Notes: generated by a model not told the origin, from the letters alone. A stretch of DNA of 64,000 nucleotides from Camelus ferus (GCF_009834535.1 NC_045696.1:118422001-118486000); one strand, 5' to 3'; shown: positions 38,305 through 51,469, counted from the stretch's first letter. Made by a program: numbers and translations.

Positions 38305-41300
38305 AGTCCTGGTTACCATGTGTTACCATACAAGTATATCACAGTATTATTGACTACATTTTCCATACTATACATTTCATCCCCATGACTCATTTATCTT
38401 GTAACTGGAAGTTTGTCCCTCTTAATTTCCTTCACCTGTTTCACTCTTCGACCCCGTCCCCTCCCTAGCAACCATTTGTTTGTGCTCTGTATCTGTGACT
38501 GTTTCTCTTTTGTTATGATTGTTCATTTGTTTTGCTTTTTAGATTTCACATATAAGTGAGATCATATGGTATTTGTCTTGCTCTGTCTTTCCCTTGGCAT
38601 AATACCCTCTAGGTCCATCGCTGTTGTCGTAGAGGGCAATATTTGATTCTTTTTTATGCCCGAGTAATAGTCCATTGTACACATATACCAAATCTTTATC
38701 CAGTCATCTGTCGTTGGACACTTAGGTTGCTTCCATGTCTTCGCTATTGTAAACAGTGCTGCTATGAACATTGAGATGCATGTATCATTTTGAATTAGTG
38801 TTCTTATTTTCTTCAGATAAATACCCAAAAGTGGATTTTCTGGATTGTATGGTAGTTCTATGTATAATTATTTGAGGAACCTTCATACTGCTTTCCATAG
38901 TGGCTGCACAACTTTCCATTCCCACCAGCAGTGCACAAGGGTTTTGTTTTCTTCACACCCTCGCCAGTGCTTGTTATTTATTGTCTTTTTTAATAATAGC
39001 CCTTCTGACAGGTGTGAGGTGATACCTCATTGTGGTTGTGATTCACATTTCCCTGACAAGTAGGGATACTGAACATTTTTTCATGTGCTTGTTGCCCTCT
39101 GTATGTCTTCTTTGGAAAAGTGTCTGTTCAGGTCCTCTGTTCATTTTTCATTCAGGTTGAGTTTTTCTCTATGTTGAGTTTTATGAGTTCTTTGTATATT
39201 TTGGATTAACCCCTCATCAGTTATATCATTTGCAAATATCTTCTCCCATTCGGTAGGCCATTTTTCCATTTTTTCATTTTAGGAAAAGTTGCCTTCACTG
39301 TACAAAAGCTTTTTAGTTTGAGGTAGTCCCATTTTATTTTTGCTTTTATTTCCCTTGCCTAAAGAGACAAATCTAAAAACATTGCCAAGACTGATGTGAA
39401 GAAGCATACTGCCTATGTTTTCTTCTAGAAGCTTTATGGTTCCAGGCCTTACATGTAACTCATTAATCCATTTTGAGTTTGCTTTTGCATATGCTGTGGG
39501 TAGTCTAGTTTGATTCTTTTGCATGTTGTTGTCCAGTTTTCCCAACACAATTTACTGAAGGGGCTGTCCTTTTCCCCATTATATATTCTTGCCTCCCTTG
39601 TCAATTAATAGATTAATTGCCTGTATAAGTGTAGGTTCATTTCTGGGCTCTCTGTCCTGTCCCATTGATCTGTGTGTCTGTATTTGTGCCAGCACCATAC
39701 TGTTTTGAGTACTGTAGCTTTGTAGTATAGTTTGAAGTCAGGGCACGTGATAGCTTTGTGCTTCTTCATCAAGATTGTTTTGCTTATTTGGGGTCTTTTG
39801 TGTTTCCATGAAAATTTTAGAATTTTTGTTCTAGTTCTCTGAAAAATGTCATTGGCCTTAATAGGGATTGTACTGAATCTGTAGATTGCCTCGGGTAGTG
39901 TGGTCATTTTAACAATATTAATTCTTCCAATCCATGAACACAGTGTATCTTTCCATCTGTTTGTGTCATCTTTGATTTCTTACATCAGTGTCTTACAGTT
40001 TTCCAAGTACAGATCTTCCACTTCCTTGGTTAAATTTATTCCTAGGTATTTTATTCTTTTTGATGCAGCTCTACATGGGATTGTTTTCTTCATGTCTCTT
40101 TCTGATAGTTCATTGTTAGTGTATAGAAACACAATAGATCTCTGAATCTTAATTTTTCTTGCAACTTAACTGAATTCACTTATTCTAATAGTTTTTTGGT
40201 GGCATGTTTAGGATTTTCTGTGTATAGTATCATGTCGTCTGCAAACAGTGACAGTTTTATTTCTTCCTTTCTAATTTGGATGCCTTTTATTTCTTTTTCT
40301 TTTCTGATTGCCATGGGTAGGACTTCCAATACTTTGTTGAATAAAACGCATTAGTGGGCATCCTTGTCTTGTTCCTGATCTTAGAGGAAATGCTTTCAGC
40401 TTTTCACTGTTGAGTAAGATTTTGGCTGAAGGTTTGTCATATATGGTCTTTATTATGTTGACGTTGTGTTCCTTCTATACCCACCTGGTTGAGGGGTTTT
40501 ATCATAAATGGATGTTAATTTTTGTCAAAAGCTTTTTCCTCATCTATTGAGATGATCATGTGATTTTTATTCTTCATTTTGTTAATGTGATGTATCACAT
40601 TGAATGATTTGTGGATACTGAACCATTCTTGCACCCTTTGGATAAATCCCACTAGATCATGGTGTATGATCCTTTTGGTGTAGTCTTGCATTGACTTGCA
40701 TATATTTGTTGAGGACTTTTACACCTATGTTCATGAGTGATATTGGCCTTTAATTTTCTTTTTTGTGTTATCTTTCTCTGGTTTTGGTATCAGGGTGATG
40801 CTAGCCTTATAAAATGAGTTCCAGAGCATTTATTCCTCTTCCGTTTTTTGATATATCTGAGATAGATAGGCTTTAATTCTTCCTAAAATATTTGATACAA
40901 TTCATCTCTGAAGCCATCTGGCCTTGGACTTTTGCTTGTTACAGGTTTGTGTGTGTGTGTGTGTGAGAGAGAGAGATTCAGTTTCATTTCTGGTAATTGG
41001 TCTGTTCATATTTTCTGTTTCTTCCGGTTCAGTCTTGGGGTATTTCTAGGAATATATCCATTTCTTCTAGGTTGTCCATTTTATTGGCATATAATGTAAT
41101 AATCTTTTATCCTGTCTGTTTCTGTGGTATCAGTTGTAACTTCTTTTTTATTTCTGATTTTATAGTTGGGTCCTCTCTTTCTTTTCTTGATGAGTCTAGC
41201 TAAAAGTGTATTTCTTTTGTTTATCTTTTCAAAGAACCAGCTCTTAATTTCACTGATCTTATCTATTTTTCAAGTCTCTATCTATTTCATTTATTTCTGC

Positions 41301-41945
41301 TCTGAATTTTATGATTTCTTTCCTTCTACTAGCTTTGGTTTTTGTTTGTTCTTCTTTTTCTAGTTCCTTTAAGTGTAAGGTTAGGTTGTTTATTTGAGAT
41401 TTTTCCTGTTTCCTGAGGTAAACTTGTATTGCTAAAAACTTCCTTCTTAGAACTGCTTTTGCTGCATTCCTTAGATTTTGTATAACCGTGTTTCCTTTTC
41501 ATTTGATTTCTTCAGTGACCCATTGGTTGTTTAGTAGCATATTATTTAGCCTCCACCTTTTGGTGTTGCTGTGTTTTTTGTTTTTTTGTTTTTCTTATAG
41601 TTGATTTCTAGTCTCATAACATTGTGATCAGATAAAATACTTGATCTGATTTCAGTCTCCTTAAATTTATTGAGACCTGTTTTGTGGCCTAGCATTTGAT
41701 CTATCCTGGAGAATGTTCCATGGTCACTTGAAAAGAATGTATATTCTGCTGCTTTGGGGTGGAATGTTCTATACTAAGTCCATCTAGTCTAATGTATCAT
41801 TTAAGGCCAGTGTTTCCTTACTGATTTTCTGTCTGGGTGATCTGTCCATTGATGTAAGTGGGGTGTTAAAGTCCTCTACTACTGTGTAACTTTCAATTTC
41901 TTTTCAAATATGTTTGTTAAAGTATACTTTATATATTTAGGAGCT
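38305..41945 (-). mobile_element. L1 LINE, ~3.6 kb, disrupted ORF2 (part of EN, RT, C-terminus) plus 3' UTR
   Basis: Minus strand 40231-40248 reads LFADDM (RT catalytic motif). ORF-track fragments [14 protein letters not shown] (39605-39907), WINELHVRPGTIKLLEENIG (39279-39548) and MFIAALFTIAKTWKQPKCP (38562-38828) are L1 ORF2p. Many stops and frameshifts. Confidence 0.96.
40948..40976. repeat. Compound (TG)n(AG)n microsatellite within L1
   Basis: tgtgtgtgtgtgtgtgtgagagagagaga. Confidence 0.9.
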
Positions 41946-41999
41946 CCTCTAGGCCCTCAAATATTTTTTCACTAAATGAAAGACTAATTTTAAAAACTA

Positions 42000-42292
42000 A
42001 ATAAATTTCAGTTAATGAAGGTAGAAGATGGTGGTGGTGATAAGTGTAAAGTCGGTGACAAAAGGTCAGATGATAAATATGTTTCAAAGATAAAACTCAA
42101 AGGATTTGCTGATGGACTAAATATGGGGTATGAGAGAAAAAGAAATAAAGGAAGATTCCAAGTTTTTTGGTCCCCGAGCAACTAGAAGTGTCGAGTTGCT
42201 ATTTGTTGAGTTGGGAAAAGCAGTGAGAGGATTAGGAGTTTAATGTTGGATATTTTCAGTTTGAGATGACTTTTCATAATATTCAGGTGGAG
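42000..42292 (-). mobile_element. L2 LINE fragment
   Basis: aaggatttgctgatggactaaatatggggtatgagagaaaaaga...gattccaagttttttgg...gagcaactagaag. Confidence 0.8.
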
Positions 42293-42295
42293 TGA

Positions 42296-42520
42296 TTCTG
42301 TTTCTGGGTAAGATGGAGTGACAACACTCTACTCTGTCTCTCCCACTGAATGCAGCTACAAAACCTTTTCAGAATGAATGAGACAGCCATTGGAGAATTC
42401 TGGGAGGTAAATAGTACAGTAATACTGAGGATCTGGAATTTGAATTACCACCACCATGGTAGTGACCTTGCCATTTCTTTCCCTCCAATGTCCCTACCTA
42501 GACGGAACAAGCTCTGCTGT
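42296..42520 (+). mobile_element. Possible old L1M 5' region fragment
   Basis: ttctgggtaagatggagtga...ctctcccactgaatgcagctacaaaacc resembles old L1M 5' ends. Family uncertain. Confidence 0.4.
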
Positions 42521-42750
42521 CTTGGATTAGTTATTTCAGCTTTTTTCTTTATCTGTTTTGAGTATTGAGATAAATTTCCCCCTGCTTCTATCAAGTATAT
42601 TTTTGTGTATATTTCCATGAAATTATTTAGTGTTCCTCAAATTGCATCCTTAAATGTTACATTTCTAGTGCTCTAGGAAATGAGTACAGTCACACAGAAT
42701 TTATCTATTTCACCATTTTTTCCCACTTATTTTTGTAATACTAACTGGGT

Positions 42751-42752
<2 letters not shown>

Positions 42753-42786
<34 letters not shown>
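42753..42786. repeat. Poly(T)34 tract
   Basis: Uninterrupted T run. Confidence 0.95.
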
Positions 42787-42879
42787 CAGTTCTTTATCTA
42801 CTTACTGACTGACCTTTTGGGTTTTGTTTATCATTCAGTGTCTTTTTGACTGTTTTCTTATATCTATCTTCTTTTTAGT

Positions 42880-45560
42880 CAAATTTTTTGAAGTATAGTT
42901 TGACAAAAACATACATCTGCACTGCAGTCAGTACATAAAAATGATCCTTCAATTCAAAAATTTCTCTCGTGCTCCTTTGTTGTCATTCCCCCACTAAACC
43001 CCAGTCCCTGCAATCACTGATATGTTCAGTCTGTCTCTAAAGTTTTCCCTTTTCTAGAATATCATATAAATAGAATCACTAAGTCTGGTTTCTTTCACTT
43101 ATCAAAATACTATCATTTAATGTTCATCTGTATTGTTGCTTTTTTCAGTAGCTCATTGCTTTTTATTAGAGTAGTATTGCAACGTTTGGGTGTCCCACTT
43201 TTTTTTTTTTTTTTTATCCTTATATCACTTTAAGGACATTTGGGTTTTTCCAGTTTGGAACAGTTATGAAAAAAAAAACGCTATACATACTTAGATGTAA
43301 CTGTTCATATGAACATAATTTTTGATCCTCTTGGATAAATACTAAGGAAATGGACGCTGGTCTGTTTGGTAAACATATGTTTAATCTTATAACAAGCTGC
43401 CAAGTGGTTTTCAAAGTGCTTTCCAAAACGAGTGTTCCTTTTTGCATACCCACCAGTAGTTTATGAGAATTTCAATTGTATCCTTGTAACCTTTTGGTTT
43501 TGACGTGTTTTTAAAAGCCAGTCTTGTGAGTTTAAGATGCCTCATTGTGCCTCATTGTGTTTGTAATTTGCATTTCCCTGATTATTAATCATGTTGAGCA
43601 GTTTTTCATACATTTGTTTGTTATTCACTTCTCTTCTTTGGTAAAGTGTTTGTTCACATCCCATGCATTTTAAAAAACTGAGGTATTTATTAGCGTTGAG
43701 TCATGAGAATTATTTGCATATTCAAAAATAAATCCTTTTTCACATAGATATTTTGTAAATATTTTCTCATGTTTTCATTTTCTTAACAGTGTCTTTCAAA
43801 GAGACATTTTTAATTTTGATGAAGTTCAACTTATCACTTTTTTGTTTGATAATTAGAGTTTTCTATATCCTAAGAAATCTTTGCATACATCAGTATCACA
43901 AAATGTCCTCTTACCTGTTTTCAAAACAGTTTTCAGTTCTTGCCTTTAGGTCTGTTACCCATTTTAAGTTAATTTTTGTGTATAATGTGAGATATATTCT
44001 ATGGTTAAGTGTTTTGTAGTGGAGATGCAATTATTTCAACACCATTTGTGAAAAGATTGTCTTTTCATCATTGACTTTCCTTAATATCTGTAGGAAAAGT
44101 CTCTTGACCATTTATGTGTAAATCTGTTTCCAAACTCTCTATGCTATTCTCTTGATGTAGATGTTTCTTGATTCCTGTACCTTTATACTAATTCTAATTT
44201 TAGAACCAGCTTGTAATGTCACAGGAAATTTTGCTGGGATTTTGATTATGGTTACACTAAATCTATAAAATCAACTTCAGGAAAATAGACATCTTATAAT
44301 ATTGACTCTTGTAGCCAATAAACAGAGTGTATCTTTTCACTTATTTAGGTCTTTGTTAATTTCTTTCATTATTTTTTGGTAGTTTTCAGCTTATAAGCAT
44401 TACACTTATTATATTCATTCCTAAATATTTTATGATTTGGGGTGCTCTTTAAAGATGCTGATTCTTTCCATTTCAATTTCTAGTTATTCATTCCTAGTAT
44501 GTAAAAATATAATTGATTTTGGTATATTGGCCTTACATTCTGTATCCTTTCTAAAGTTACTAGTTTAAGTAATTTTTTGTATATTGTTTGGAACTTTATA
44601 GAAAATTATGTCTTCCACAGTTTCAGATTTTATTTCTTCCTTTCTAATCTCTGTGCCTCTTGTATCTGTCTAGATATGACTTGCTAATATTTTGTTAAGG
44701 ATTTCTGTACTTACCTTCAGGGTGGGCACTGCTCGGCATTTTTCTCATAGTGTCTTTGTTTGGCTTCCTAACTTGATAATGCTGGCTTCAATATGTGTTT
44801 CTGCTTCTTCCATATTTTTAGGAAGAGTTTGTGTAAAATTGGTACTATTCCTTTCTGGTCTGTTTAGTTGTGTCACATTTTCCTGTTTTTTCAAATGTAT
44901 GTTTTTTAAATGCCGCATAATATGAATGTTATGTTGTTGAATTTCTGAATTTTGTGGCCTTCCTTTAAAGGAATGTTGAGTTTACTTTTGGCGGTTTGTT
45001 AAATTACTTTTTGATCCTCTTGATCTTTTTGATCCTTGGTTTTATACTTTTGTTTTAAGTGTGGTTTTAATGTATCCTCCACCTAAGGGCCAGCTTCTTC
45101 TGGATTCCCCATGTGTACACCAGTCTCACCAATCTCTCTGTCTAGTCAGAACGTGGATGTTTTCCAGTCTTTTAAAACCTTCTTGCAATGTGTACACTCC
45201 CTAATAGGAGCCCTTTCTTTGGTAGTTTTTCTTTGCTGAGCCTGCTGGAGTCTTACTCTACCCATGCACACCTTAGTACTCAGGGGGAAAGTTAAGGAGG
45301 CCCCCTGTGCCCCTTCTGAGTTCTCTCTCTGGGTAACTTCCTCCTTTAAAGATAACGCATCCTGCAGACACCCCTCAGCCTCTCTGTCTTCTCAGCCCAG
45401 CAAGCCCAGTGCGTGTGGCCTCGTGTTTCTCAAAAGTACTTGCGACCAGGAAACCAGGTATAGAGTTTCCCTTGGGTTTCTTCCCCCTTTTATCAGGGAT
45501 TACAGTGCTGCACTGCCTTTTCCAATGTCTGCATGTCTTGTATATTTTATCCAGTTTATG
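42880..45560 (-). mobile_element. Old L1 (L1MC/MD-like), fragmented
   Basis: ttttctagaatatcatataaatagaatca, ttgcatttccctgatt, ccattttaagttaatttttgtgtata and ttgctgggattttgatt are antisense L1. The part after ~44900 is less certain. Confidence 0.8.
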
Positions 45561-45599
45561 TGTCATATCAGCTCTTCCATCAGTCTGAAAGGGAAGTGT

Positions 45600-46650
45600 A
45601 TTTTAAAAAATAGAATAAAAGCAACTCTTCTCTAAGAAAATCACCTCTAAAGCAAAGGAAACTGAAACAGATTGAAAATAAAACAATTTACACAGGCATA
45701 CTAGGACAAGCAAATGAAAATGAGTATAATAATATTCATATCAGACAAAAGGAATTTAAAGCAAATTGCATTGAATGAGATAAGTGAGAACATTTTATAG
45801 TGAAAAAGTTTATAATTCACAATGAAGAGCTTTCTTTAATCATTGTACACCCTCCCCACCCCAAGAAAAAAAAAGCAATTTTTTCTGTAACAGCTGCAGG
45901 AAATATTGGAGAAGTACATAGAAATACAGTAGGAATAAATGACTTGTACCTCTCCACATTCGTGGTAAATCAGGCCAGCTCACTTTGAAGTAAGGTTGCA
46001 AAGAAGCTAACTATTCACATTTCATAAGTTAGACCTAAGTGATGTATGTCAGTCTCTGTACCAGAAACAGGCAGTGGTATGAATGTATCCATAGAATGTT
46101 TATTTTCAAAGTAGCCACGAAGAAAAGCTTCCATAAGTTGTACATAGTAGAAATGGTACAAGTTGTTTTCTATGGCAGCCAAACTTGAAATTAGTAACAA
46201 AAATAGAAAAAAATCCCCCGACAAACCTATCACTGAAAATATTAAATCTGTCTTTACTCTTGTACTAAAAGGAAATCAACACTGAACTTGCATAATTTCT
46301 AGGAAATAAGGATAATTAAAGTAGATTGATCAGAACTTAGTGATTTTTTACTGAAACAATACTCTTAGAAGTTCTTAGCCTGATACTCTTAAACTACTAA
46401 GCAAAAAGGAATAAAAATATGTGAATCACACATTCTCCTTATGTAGTACGGAAAATATCAGCAAAATAAATCTAAAGAAAACAAAATGAAGAAATTAAAA
46501 CTAAAAGTTACAAACTAGTAAGAAAACATAAAGCCACAGCTAATATATGTAGAAACTGTTTCTTTGCAGGGGAATAAATAATAAACATTTTTGGCTTAGT
46601 TTACAAAGTTAAACAAGTAACATAGAAAAATATGAAATATACATGTAAAA
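45600..46650 (+). mobile_element. Old L1 ORF2 endonuclease-region remnant
   Basis: A-rich; aatattcatatcagacaaaaggaatttaaagcaa and tataattcacaatgaaga resemble ORF2 (ISDK.EFK, IHNEE). Confidence 0.6.
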
Positions 46651-46659
46651 TTAAAAATA

Positions 46660-46960
46660 AGTTACAAAAGGTGCTAATTTCCAGTTATAAAATGAAAAAC
46701 TCATGGGAATGTAAGGTACAGCATGGTGATTATAGTTAATAATACTGTATTGCATACTTAAAAGTAGATGGGAGAGTAGATCTTGAAAGTTCTCATCACA
46801 AGGAAAAAATTCTAACTATATGGTGACAGATATTAACTAGACTTACCACGGTGATCATCCTGCAATACATTCAAGTACCAAGTCATTACATTGTACACCT
46901 GAAACTAACGTAATGTTATGTCAATTATATATCAATTTAAAAAACAAACATAAATAAAAA
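46660..46960 (+). mobile_element. L1MA9-like 3' end with A-rich tail
   Basis: gtacagcatggtgattatagttaataatactgtattgcatactt...gagagtagatcttgaaagttctcatcaca...tgtacacctgaaactaa. Confidence 0.85.
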
Positions 46961-47511
46961 TTTTAATTACAAGTATAGCCAGGAATGTTCTGGGATAAAA
47001 GTGTCATTAGCCCCACCCACTGTTAAACTGTGTTGTAAAGATGCCATATAGAACAGTTTGGAATTGGCATGTAAATAGGTAGACCAGTTGGTAAAATAGT
47101 CAATACATACGGGACCACCCTCAATACATTATGGGAGTTTACTATAAGGTAAAAGTAGAATTTCAGATTAGTAGGGAAATAGTGAATCGTTCACTAACGC
47201 AGTTTTTAGAACTAACTAGCTGTTTGGTAAACCTTGAGACTACATCTATAGTTTTGCACCAAAATAAATTCCAGTTATATCAGTGATATAAACCAAACTA
47301 GAATTAAATTATTATTCTTATATTCTTATTTGAAATGTTCAAAAACCTGTAAACTGTAAAGAAAAAAGGTTGGTAAATTGACAATATTACAATAAAATTT
47401 CTGCCTGGGAAAAGAGACTTACCTGTAGCCTGAGAGTTAGGGGTCACTAAAACTTCCCTGGTCCCTAGAAGCTTTTGGCCTAGGACTGTATTCTGCTATG
47501 TAACACTTAAA

Positions 47512-47676
47512 GTAGGGGCCCTCAAACTTGAGCTTGCATCAGATCCCCCAGAGGGCTTGTTCAAATTCTGTCTAAATTTCTGGTTTAATAGATATAGGTG
47601 GGGAAGTTGCAGTTTGAACAAATTCCTAGGTGATGTTGATGCTACTGGTCCAGGGACCACACTTTGAAAACCACTG
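47512..47676 (-). mobile_element. MER5A-like element
   Basis: ctcaaacttgagcttgcatcagat...agggcttgtt...ggtgatgttgatgctactggtccagggaccacactttgaaaaccactg. Confidence 0.85.
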
Positions 47677-47849
47677 TTTTACTGTGTTCCCAAATCACTC
47701 CTTTTTTCCTTGAGGTTACTCAGTGTGGCTTTTTGCATTCAGACAGTCCAAAATCATTGCTTCCCTCTGCCCCACCAAAAAAGAATATATATATACATAT
47801 ACTTTTAAAAACAGCCCAAAATCAAACCAAAGTGTTGAGATAACATGAA

Positions 47850-48060
47850 GTAAGCAGTCAGCTTCTTTCCAGGATACACTTACAAGCACAGAGACCTATG
47901 CAAAGATAATCAGTGCAGTATCATGTGTAACAAAAGGAGAAATCTAAATGTCTCACAAAGAAAGGAATGGTTACATCATGATTCATCTACTTAGTGGAAT
48001 ACTTGCAACCATAAAAAAGGATAAGGTATTTCTATAAACGTTGATTTGGAATGATCTGCA
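47850..48060 (+). mobile_element. Old L1ME-like 3' region, resuming after ~49173
   Basis: aatctaaatgtct...agtggaatacttgcaaccataaaaaagg...gatttggaatgatct. Confidence 0.6.
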
Positions 48061-48352
48061 TTTTTTTAATTGAAGTATAGTTGATTTACAATGTTGTGTT
48101 AATTTCTGGTGCACAGCATAGTGATTCAGATATATATGTGTGGTGTATATGTGTGTATATATATTCCTTTTCATATTCTTCCCCACCATAGGCCACTACA
48201 AGACACTGAATGTAATTCCCTGTGCTATACAGTAGGACCTTGTTGTTTAGCTATTTTATATATAGTAATTAGTATCTATAAATCCCAAACTCCCAGTTTG
48301 TCTCTCCCCACCCCCTTTTCCCCCTGGTAACCAGTAGTTTGTCCTCTGTTTC
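48061..48352 (-). mobile_element. Artiodactyl-type L1 3' UTR fragment (first of two)
   Basis: ttttttaattgaagtatagttgatttacaatgttgtgtt...ccctgtgctatacagtaggaccttgttgttt...tggtaacc. Confidence 0.9.
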
Positions 48353-48496
48353 TGTTTGAAAGTTAAACACTATAATTCTGCTCTTATAGTGGTTACTCTT
48401 GAAGTTTTGCTATGCATACTTAATAAAAATACAGAAATTGTCATGAATTTGAATGTTATTCTTACACATGAAACCATGAAATTATTCCTATGTAGT

Positions 48497-49157
48497 TTAA
48501 TTTTTTAATTGAAACATAATCAGTTTGCAGTGTTGTGTTAGTTTGATGTATAGCATAGTGATTCAGTGATACATATATATATTCCTTTTCATATTCTTTT
48601 TTATTACTGGCTATTCCAAAGTATTAAGTATAGTTCCCTGTGCTATACAGTAGGACCTTGTTGTTTATCTATTTTATACATACTGGTTAGTGTCTGCAAA
48701 TCTCAAACTCCCAATTTATCCTCCTGGTAACTGTAAGTTCGTTTTCTATGTCTGTGAGTCTGTTTTTGATTTGTAAATAAGTTCATTTGTGTCATTTGTT
48801 TAGATTCCACATGTAAGTGATACCACATGGTACTCCTCTCTTTCTGACTTACTTCACTTAGCATGACAAACTCTGGGTCCATCCATGTTGCTGCAGATGG
48901 CATGATTTCATTCTTTTTTATGGCTGAGTTGTATTCCATTGTGTATATATACCGCAACTTCTTTATTCAGTCATCTGTCAATGGATATTTAGGTTGCTTC
49001 CATGTCTTCACTATTGTAAATGGTGCTGCTGTGAACACTGGGTGTATGAATCTTTTTGTGTTAGAGTTTTCTCTGGATATATGTCCAGGAGTGGGATTGC
49101 CAGATCATAAGTTATGTCTATTCAGTTTTTAAGGAATCTCCATACTGTTTTTCATAA
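48497..49157 (-). mobile_element. 5'-truncated artiodactyl-type L1 (second of two)
   Basis: Same 3' UTR as 48061-48352 plus ORF2 C-terminal remnant (ORF track 48703-48957: YIYTMEYNSAIKKNEIMPSAATWMD...LSEVSQ). Confidence 0.92.
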
Positions 49158-51189
49158 GGGATGTCAAAAATATGGAATGATCTTCCATTTTAAGAATCAT
49201 ATTAATTAAAATTTAAAATGCATGATACAGGATGTTCACATGTCTGTTTTCAAAAGGTACATACCTGCATAAAAATGCCCCTATGTTATGGAAGCGCATT
49301 GGCTGCCCTTAGGAAGGTGGATTGGGAGGGAGAGGATCAGAGGTTGTAAGAGAAATTACTTCCAGTTGTCTGTCCTGTTAGACTTTAAATGTATTTTCAC
49401 CTTGCAGAAAATTCCTCTAAATTAACAAAATAAGAACCCCACAAAGTTTGCACTGTAATCCACAGGAAAAAGAAGGATTTTGGAAGTGAGGATGACAGTG
49501 AGCTAGGAGGCTGCGGTCAGAGAGCAGCGTTTCCGACTTGGAGATCATGTATCTGTAGCGTCTCAGCACCAGCTCTCAGCCACAGTAACTGCTAGCTGAT
49601 GTGGAAAGGAAACGAGTGTTGTTGATGAAAATAAATTTAGAGTATTTTATGTGATGTTTTTGTGCTTCATATTTGAGTTGGTTTACGAGCAGATTAATTT
49701 ATGAACATATTATGTACCGTGATGCCCTCGGTAAGCTAGACTTCACTGCATTTCTGTTCCCTCCGCTAGCCTGATGTACAATTCTAGACCTCATAAGTCT
49801 TTCTAAAATCGGCTGACCAAAAGTGGCAATTAATTTTTCTTTGTAAGTTCTTAGTTCTTTATAGTTTCCTTAATGAGTTTCCTTAAAGAAAGCACTCTAA
49901 ATCTTGTAGGGTCCTGTAGCTGTAATTACCACTGCATTGTAACTGGAGTACTCATGAAACAGCAGATTGTGATTTATCAAAATAAGTCCTTCGGAAAGCT
50001 CCATTTCTTCCACTCAGAAAAGCTCAGTTACCACACAGACAATGGCGAGGGTAGATACGATGCATTCTGAGTCTTGTGACTCAGTCACTGATGTGAAGAG
50101 GTTTTTTTTTTTTTTTTTTAAATATAAATTGAATTAGATATCCTTTAGGAATTATAGAGAACTCAAAAGGAGTATATAAAAAAGTGGCAGGAACCCTGAG
50201 CTAGGGGGGAAGTTATCATTGTAGAAATCTGTGGCTGCTGCAGGTTGTGTTTGCTCCGGCTGCAGCACAGGGCTTTGTGGAGGCATTTGGAACATGAGGT
50301 GCCTGCCTTAGCCTGTTTGGCGCCACTGTCATGTCCTGGAGGGTGAGCAGAGTCACCGCCCATCTCTGCAACGTGCCGCTCTTCCACAGGTGAGTCTAGT
50401 GCACGTGTTCCACTGAGCGCTTGAAGAAATACTGCTTTTAGAGTCTACTTATTTTTAGATCATATATTTCGTAGTACTTCTAGAAACCAGAAGTGTCATA
50501 GAAATGCATTGATACTTGCATTCATTGCAAATTGTGAAATCTATGCGTAGGAAAATACATTTTCTTTGCTTAGTGTGCATTTGTCCCTATTTTTTAAAAC
50601 TCTGCACGTGTGTGTGCGCACACACCCAGAGTTGATTGTAAAGTTGTTTGGACACTGAACTGTAGCTGTTAGCTAGGGAGCTAGGATACAGTGGAGCGGC
50701 CCACCCCTCTTTTACCTTTTGTTTCCCTTTTGCTCCCCCCCCCCACTAGAGATAGGTAATTGGTGACAGTCGAGCTGGAGTGTGCTGGCGTTGACTGTCC
50801 TTCGCCCTCACTGCCTCCCTCAGGGCTTTCTTCTCTCCTCCCTGTCTCCCCGCTGCCCACCATAGACATCTGCGCCTCGTGCAGATACATTCAGCTCTTC
50901 ATTTATCTGCATTAATGGATAGGAACTAGGGCACATATAATCCCAAATGGTGGATAATCCAAAAACAATTAATACTTGGCTTTGAAATGTATTTAGTGAT
51001 GTTTTAAATTGTTTTTACCTTCCTAATTAGATTTTGCTAATGTTGCCATTAGTTTGCATTCCCTGAACATCCCTGGTTGGTTGAGGGTGGGGGGTGCACA
51101 GAAAAATACAAAGAGACTGTGGGAACCCAGACTGATAGGACTTAATACTGAATTCAAGTTTTACTTGGATAGTTTCCATGTTGGTGATT

Positions 51190-51275
51190 GAAAGTTTGTC
51201 AGCATGTCATCTGGTCGAGGGCCTGGCACAGAACCTGCTACATGGTTGAAATTCAGGAAATACTTGTTAAATAAA
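51190..51275 (+). mobile_element. L2 3' tail fragment
   Basis: cctggcacagaacctgctacatggttg...caggaaatacttgttaaataaa. Confidence 0.55.
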
Positions 51276-51469
51276 GATCCCCACTGTTTGTCACGGCGGC
51301 CTTATTTGTGTTCAGATCAGGGCAGGCACAAGCCAGAGAGGAGGTCAGCGAGGGATGCCCCGCGCTCTCCCGTCCTGACCCCTGCTCGTGAATATGAGTG
51401 TGGCCAAGTCACGGACGTTTTTCCAATATGGTACTGGCTCGTAGGCTGTTCAGCCAGCCTTTGAACCAT

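Noticed and set aside
38305..41945. Active or intact L1
   Set aside because: ORF2 is broken by many stops and frameshifts, contains a microsatellite, and has no ORF1 or 5' UTR.
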